Source of the DNA: Pyrolobus fumarii 1A
GTDB taxonomy: Archaea; Thermoproteota; Thermoprotei_A; Sulfolobales; Pyrodictiaceae
Assembly (NCBI RefSeq): GCF_000223395.1
Contig: NC_015931.1
Span: 90,001-122,000 of the forward strand
Direction: 5' to 3'
Length of the DNA: 32,000 bases
Shown: positions 29,080 through 32,000 of the stretch, piece after piece
How positions within the stretch are numbered: position 1 is the first letter of the stretch
Layout: every line of letters starts with the position of its first letter
Notes under the pieces: generated by a model
What the model was told of the DNA's origin: nothing
Seen by the model: only the letters and a program-made list of their open reading frames with translations
Database searches by the model: none
Position numbers and translations under genes: made by a program

Positions 29080-29688
29080 TTAGGAAGACACTCGTATGCA
29101 CGTATCTTTCTTCGCTGCTCTGCGATGTACAACTTCAATCATCTTCCTAGCATCGTGTTCCAGATAGCCTACCAAGATTATACGACTTGGAAGCTTACCC
29201 TTCTCGCGCAGAACCTCTTCTATAGCATCAAGCATTGCATTCGTAGACTCCTCTATGCTCAACCCTCCTACTCCTGCACCCATAGCAGGCAACGCTATGC
29301 TATCAATACCCTTGTCTAGCGCAACTTCAATAGCCGCTCTGGTAGCCTTCTTTACTTTCTCAACCGTAGTCCTCATGGCAGGCCTTTCCATTGTCGGCGC
29401 GTGTATCACATGTCTAATCCGAGGCTGTAGACGACCAGCACTTGTAACTATAGCTTTGCCTACTGGGACAGGAGCATAACGTCTTGCCTCCTGCTCAATT
29501 TCGTCTCCCGCGACTCTACGAATAGCACCTGCTACTCCACCCCCCATTATCATCAGACTATTAGCGGGATTGACTATAGCGTCGACATTCTCAAGCTGCG
29601 TTATATCACCTTGCCACACTTCGATGGTCGAAGAACCACATTCTACCTTTAGAAGGGGGCCCTTGATGCCCGTCAAGCTTCCTCCCAA
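29080..29688 (-). CDS. Macro domain protein (ADP-ribose / O-acetyl-ADP-ribose binding or hydrolysing, AF1521-like)
   Basis: 202 aa. It has WQGDITQLENVDAIVNPANSLMIMGGGVAGAI, HAPT and PAMGAGVGG, the canonical macrodomain motifs. Confidence 0.85.
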   Translation of the reverse strand: MGGSLTGIKGPLLKVECGSSTIEVWQGDITQLENVDAIVNPANSLMIMGGGVAGAIRRVAGDEIEQEARRYAPVPVGKAIVTSAGRLQPRIRHVIHAPTMERPAMRTTVEKVKKATRAAIEVALDKGIDSIALPAMGAGVGGLSIEESTNAMLDAIEEVLREKGKLPSRIILVGYLEHDARKMIEVVHRRAAKKDTCIRVSS

Positions 29689-29692
29689 AGTC

Positions 29693-30211
29693 CTATAGGT
29701 TAAACTTCTCTATAAGTACCTCGAAGCCCTTGCGCCTCGTTATCGTGTAGTTGCGTACACCAGCCCTATGCAACGCTATGCCTATCGGAGCAGGTGCATC
29801 CGTCACATCAACTATATTTATTGATGCACCCCGCACGATTCTCAATATTTTCTCAAGGGCGTCTTTTACACGCTGCTTGCCATATCCGGTTGGGTAGGTT
29901 ACAGGCATGACCGAGAACTCAAGTACGTTGGTCAGCGCTTCGAGAGTCAACTCTACGAGCCGCCCAGCCTCTTGGACTAGGATTACTTTCGGCTTAGTCC
30001 CCTCCACGTAGTGTATGGAAGCTATGGCTAGAAGTGGCACTGGATCTCTCCACGCAACGACAGTATCGGGTTTAGCTTCGTACCTTACACGTCTGGCAGC
30101 CTCTTCAAGCGCTAGCCTGGGATCACTTACAAGCAGTTTTACGAATAGCTCGAGATGTGCCGGTTCGGGCCTATCTGATAGGAATACCTCCTTCCAAAGG
30201 TCAACGGGCAT
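29693..30211 (-). CDS. Hypothetical protein, the middle gene of the gcvH-X-macro cassette
   Basis: 172-aa ORF. Its ATG directly abuts the gcvH stop (0-nt gap), and its stop is 4 nt before the macrodomain start. No family was recognised. Confidence 0.5.
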   Translation of the reverse strand: MPVDLWKEVFLSDRPEPAHLELFVKLLVSDPRLALEEAARRVRYEAKPDTVVAWRDPVPLLAIASIHYVEGTKPKVILVQEAGRLVELTLEALTNVLEFSVMPVTYPTGYGKQRVKDALEKILRIVRGASINIVDVTDAPAPIGIALHRAGVRNYTITRRKGFEVLIEKFNL

Positions 30212-30631
30212 CTAGGAGCCCTCCTCTCTCCTCTTTATATGCTTAGCGTACTCCTCAGGACTCATTAGTTTTTCATACTCGCTCTTGTCGACGACCTTAA
30301 TCTTGAACATCCAGGTTTCGTAAGGCTCCTTGTTTAGAAGTTCCGGCTCCTCGTACAGCCTCTCATTAACCTCTACAATCTCGCCAGTTAGCGGAGCGTA
30401 AACCTCTGCAGCAGCCTTAACAGACTCTATAGAGGCTACAACCTCGCCACGTTTCACACTACGTCCAACATCAGGTAGCTCAACACCAACTATATCGCGC
30501 AGTTTTTTCTGCGCATAGTCTGTAATACCGACGATGGCGATGTCACCCTCTAGTTTCACCCACTCGTCGGTATCCGTGTACCGCCTGTCTCTAGCAATAA
30601 TATAGTCGAGCACACGAATGTACTCGGCCAC
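30212..30631 (-). CDS. gcvH: Glycine cleavage system H protein (lipoyl carrier)
   Basis: 139 aa. It has YTDTDEWV, GITDYAQ, and ESVKAAAEVYAPLTGEIVEVN with the lipoyl-lysine context. Confidence 0.9.
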   Translation of the reverse strand: MAEYIRVLDYIIARDRRYTDTDEWVKLEGDIAIVGITDYAQKKLRDIVGVELPDVGRSVKRGEVVASIESVKAAAEVYAPLTGEIVEVNERLYEEPELLNKEPYETWMFKIKVVDKSEYEKLMSPEEYAKHIKRREEGS

Positions 30632-30699
30632 GCATATCCACCGGCTACTTTACCGGCGAGATATGTGGTAAAAGCGACTATTCTCAATGACACCCTCCT

Positions 30700-31446
30700 T
30701 TAACGCCGCCTGGGTGTTGGAAGAGCAAGTATTGAGCCCGTTAACGCCAGCTGCATTAGATTTAGCAATGTGTAACCCCACGATGCTAGGGGTAGCTCCG
30801 TGCTAGTATCTATGTACACACAGTACTTACTCCATGAGCATTGCGAGCTGTATTCGTGGCTAAATAGTAGACGGTAGGGTTGCATGGTATACGCGGCCAC
30901 GAAACCAGCTATTGCGAGTAGTGTAAAACCTAAAGCAGCTGTTACTAGCCAATGGCGTCCACCGAGCCTGGAGAGAAGGTAGGTCTCAACGTATAACGTT
31001 GCCACTAGGAAGCCCGCTAGTAGCGAGGTTGGTACAACAGCTGCTAGTAACGGCTCTACGCCAGAAAGTAGCGCAACCACCCCAGTGTAAAAGACAAGAA
31101 TAGAGGATAATCCTAGGGCTCCGCATTCAAACCGGTTCATCGCGATGAAGGAAAGTATTGAAGCCGCAAACGCTACAAGCGCCAAGTGTACAACGCCAAG
31201 CATTACCAGTGCCAACCCCGTTAGCACGCCGTACCCGACAGCGAGCACAACCACCGGGAATGGCACAGTCTCTATCACTCTACATCTAGCTATGATGGCT
31301 GCATGCAACCCTAGCCATAGACCCCACAGCAGCCAAAAGCCGCCTTCAAAACAGAATAGCGATGGACAGAAATACGCTATGATACTAGCATAACCCTCTA
31401 GTGCGAGTACAAGAGAGGCTAGCAGTATCAACCTCAGTCGATGCAC
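30700..31446 (-). CDS. Polytopic integral membrane protein, unknown function
   Basis: 248 aa, almost entirely hydrophobic, with about 7-8 predicted helices by eye. No motif was recognised. Confidence 0.5.
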   Translation of the reverse strand: MHRLRLILLASLVLALEGYASIIAYFCPSLFCFEGGFWLLWGLWLGLHAAIIARCRVIETVPFPVVVLAVGYGVLTGLALVMLGVVHLALVAFAASILSFIAMNRFECGALGLSSILVFYTGVVALLSGVEPLLAAVVPTSLLAGFLVATLYVETYLLSRLGGRHWLVTAALGFTLLAIAGFVAAYTMQPYRLLFSHEYSSQCSWSKYCVYIDTSTELPLASWGYTLLNLMQLALTGSILALPTPRRR

Positions 31447-31515
31447 GGCTATCCATCTCGCGTAGCGGCCCGAGGGGCCTTAAACCATCAGCCCCGATTA
31501 ACTTTGGACAAGGGT

Positions 31516-32000
31516 ATGGCTCTGAACGTGGAGGAGAAACAGAAAGAGTACGAGAAGCTAGTGAAAGAGATAGTTTCGTGCACAAAATGCCCCCTTTACA
31601 AGACGCGTAAAAACCCCGTTGTGGGCGAGGGGCCTCTCGACACTAAGATAATGTTTGTTGGCGAAGCTCCAGGCCGACAAGAGGATGAGACGGGTAGGCC
31701 CTTTGTAGGAGCAGCTGGCAAGCTACTAACAACGCTAATAGAAGATGCGCTCGGCATTAAACGATCCGAAGTCTACATCACTAACATTCTCAAATGTAGA
31801 CCTCCGGGTAACCGCGACCCACGCGAAGATGAAATTAGAGCGTGCACCCCGTATCTCTGGAGACAAATACGACTAATAGAACCGAGAGTGATAGTAGCGC
31901 TCGGCAGGTTTGCGGGACGTACGCTGTTCGAGAAAGCCGGGCTCGTCTGGCGCAGCATGAAGGCACATAGAGGACGTACCTACAAGGCAGTGATAGAGGG
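31516..32000 (+). CDS. udg: Family 4 uracil-DNA glycosylase (thermostable, Fe-S type), 3' end outside the window
   Basis: My translation from the ATG at 31516 is MALNVEEKQKEYEKLVKEIVSCTKCPLYKTRKNPVVGEGPLDTKIMFVGEAPGRQEDETGRPFVGAAGKLL...ITNILKCRPPGNRDP...C. It contains the CxxC and GEAPG-x-x-ED-x-x-G-x-PFVG motifs. This ORF is absent from the supplied track because it runs off the end of the window. Confidence 0.85.
   Translation, partial: MALNVEEKQKEYEKLVKEIVSCTKCPLYKTRKNPVVGEGPLDTKIMFVGEAPGRQEDETGRPFVGAAGKLLTTLIEDALGIKRSEVYITNILKCRPPGNRDPREDEIRACTPYLWRQIRLIEPRVIVALGRFAGRTLFEKAGLVWRSMKAHRGRTYKAVIE

Overview
The window reads as core chromosome of a hyperthermophilic crenarchaeote, an inference from gene content: an Rpo8-like RNA polymerase subunit, thermosome, CDC48, FEN1, archaeosine TGT, and GC-rich tRNAs with genomically encoded CCA. 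It is densely packed, with about 45 protein genes and 4 tRNAs (Arg-CCU, His-GUG, Ala-GGC, Ala-UGC). Many gene pairs have stop/start overlaps. Content is mostly housekeeping and unusually rich in tRNA/RNA maturation functions: arcTGT, Trm5, TruD, Pth2, RNase Z, archease, 2',3'-cyclic phosphodiesterase, an RlmI-like methyltransferase and translin. I saw no CRISPR array, integrase, transposase or rRNA gene. The main hidden signal is a set of small unannotated box C/D sRNA candidates in intergenic spacers at 22165-22220, 25366-25426 and 20696-20760, with a weaker one at 18025-18088. Two of them use non-canonical boxes (GUGAGGA with CCGA) in which the changes at C-box positions 5-6 and D-box positions 1-2 remain complementary. 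That is the same K-turn arrangement as the U4 snRNA 5' stem-loop. Several guides are complementary to segments I recall as conserved crenarchaeal 16S rRNA. Other items worth a second look: a translationally coupled gcvH / unknown / macrodomain cassette that resembles the bacterial GcvH-L/macrodomain ADP-ribosylation operons; a cysteine-free thioredoxin-fold gene plus a Zn-ribbon protein with an Arg/Ser/Thr-rich tail directly upstream of the thermosome gene; a membrane-anchored HerA-like ATPase with no NurA partner; and two near-identical inverted tRNA-Ala genes bracketing a 2.9 kb segment. All functional calls come from reading motifs in the supplied translations. No database search was run.
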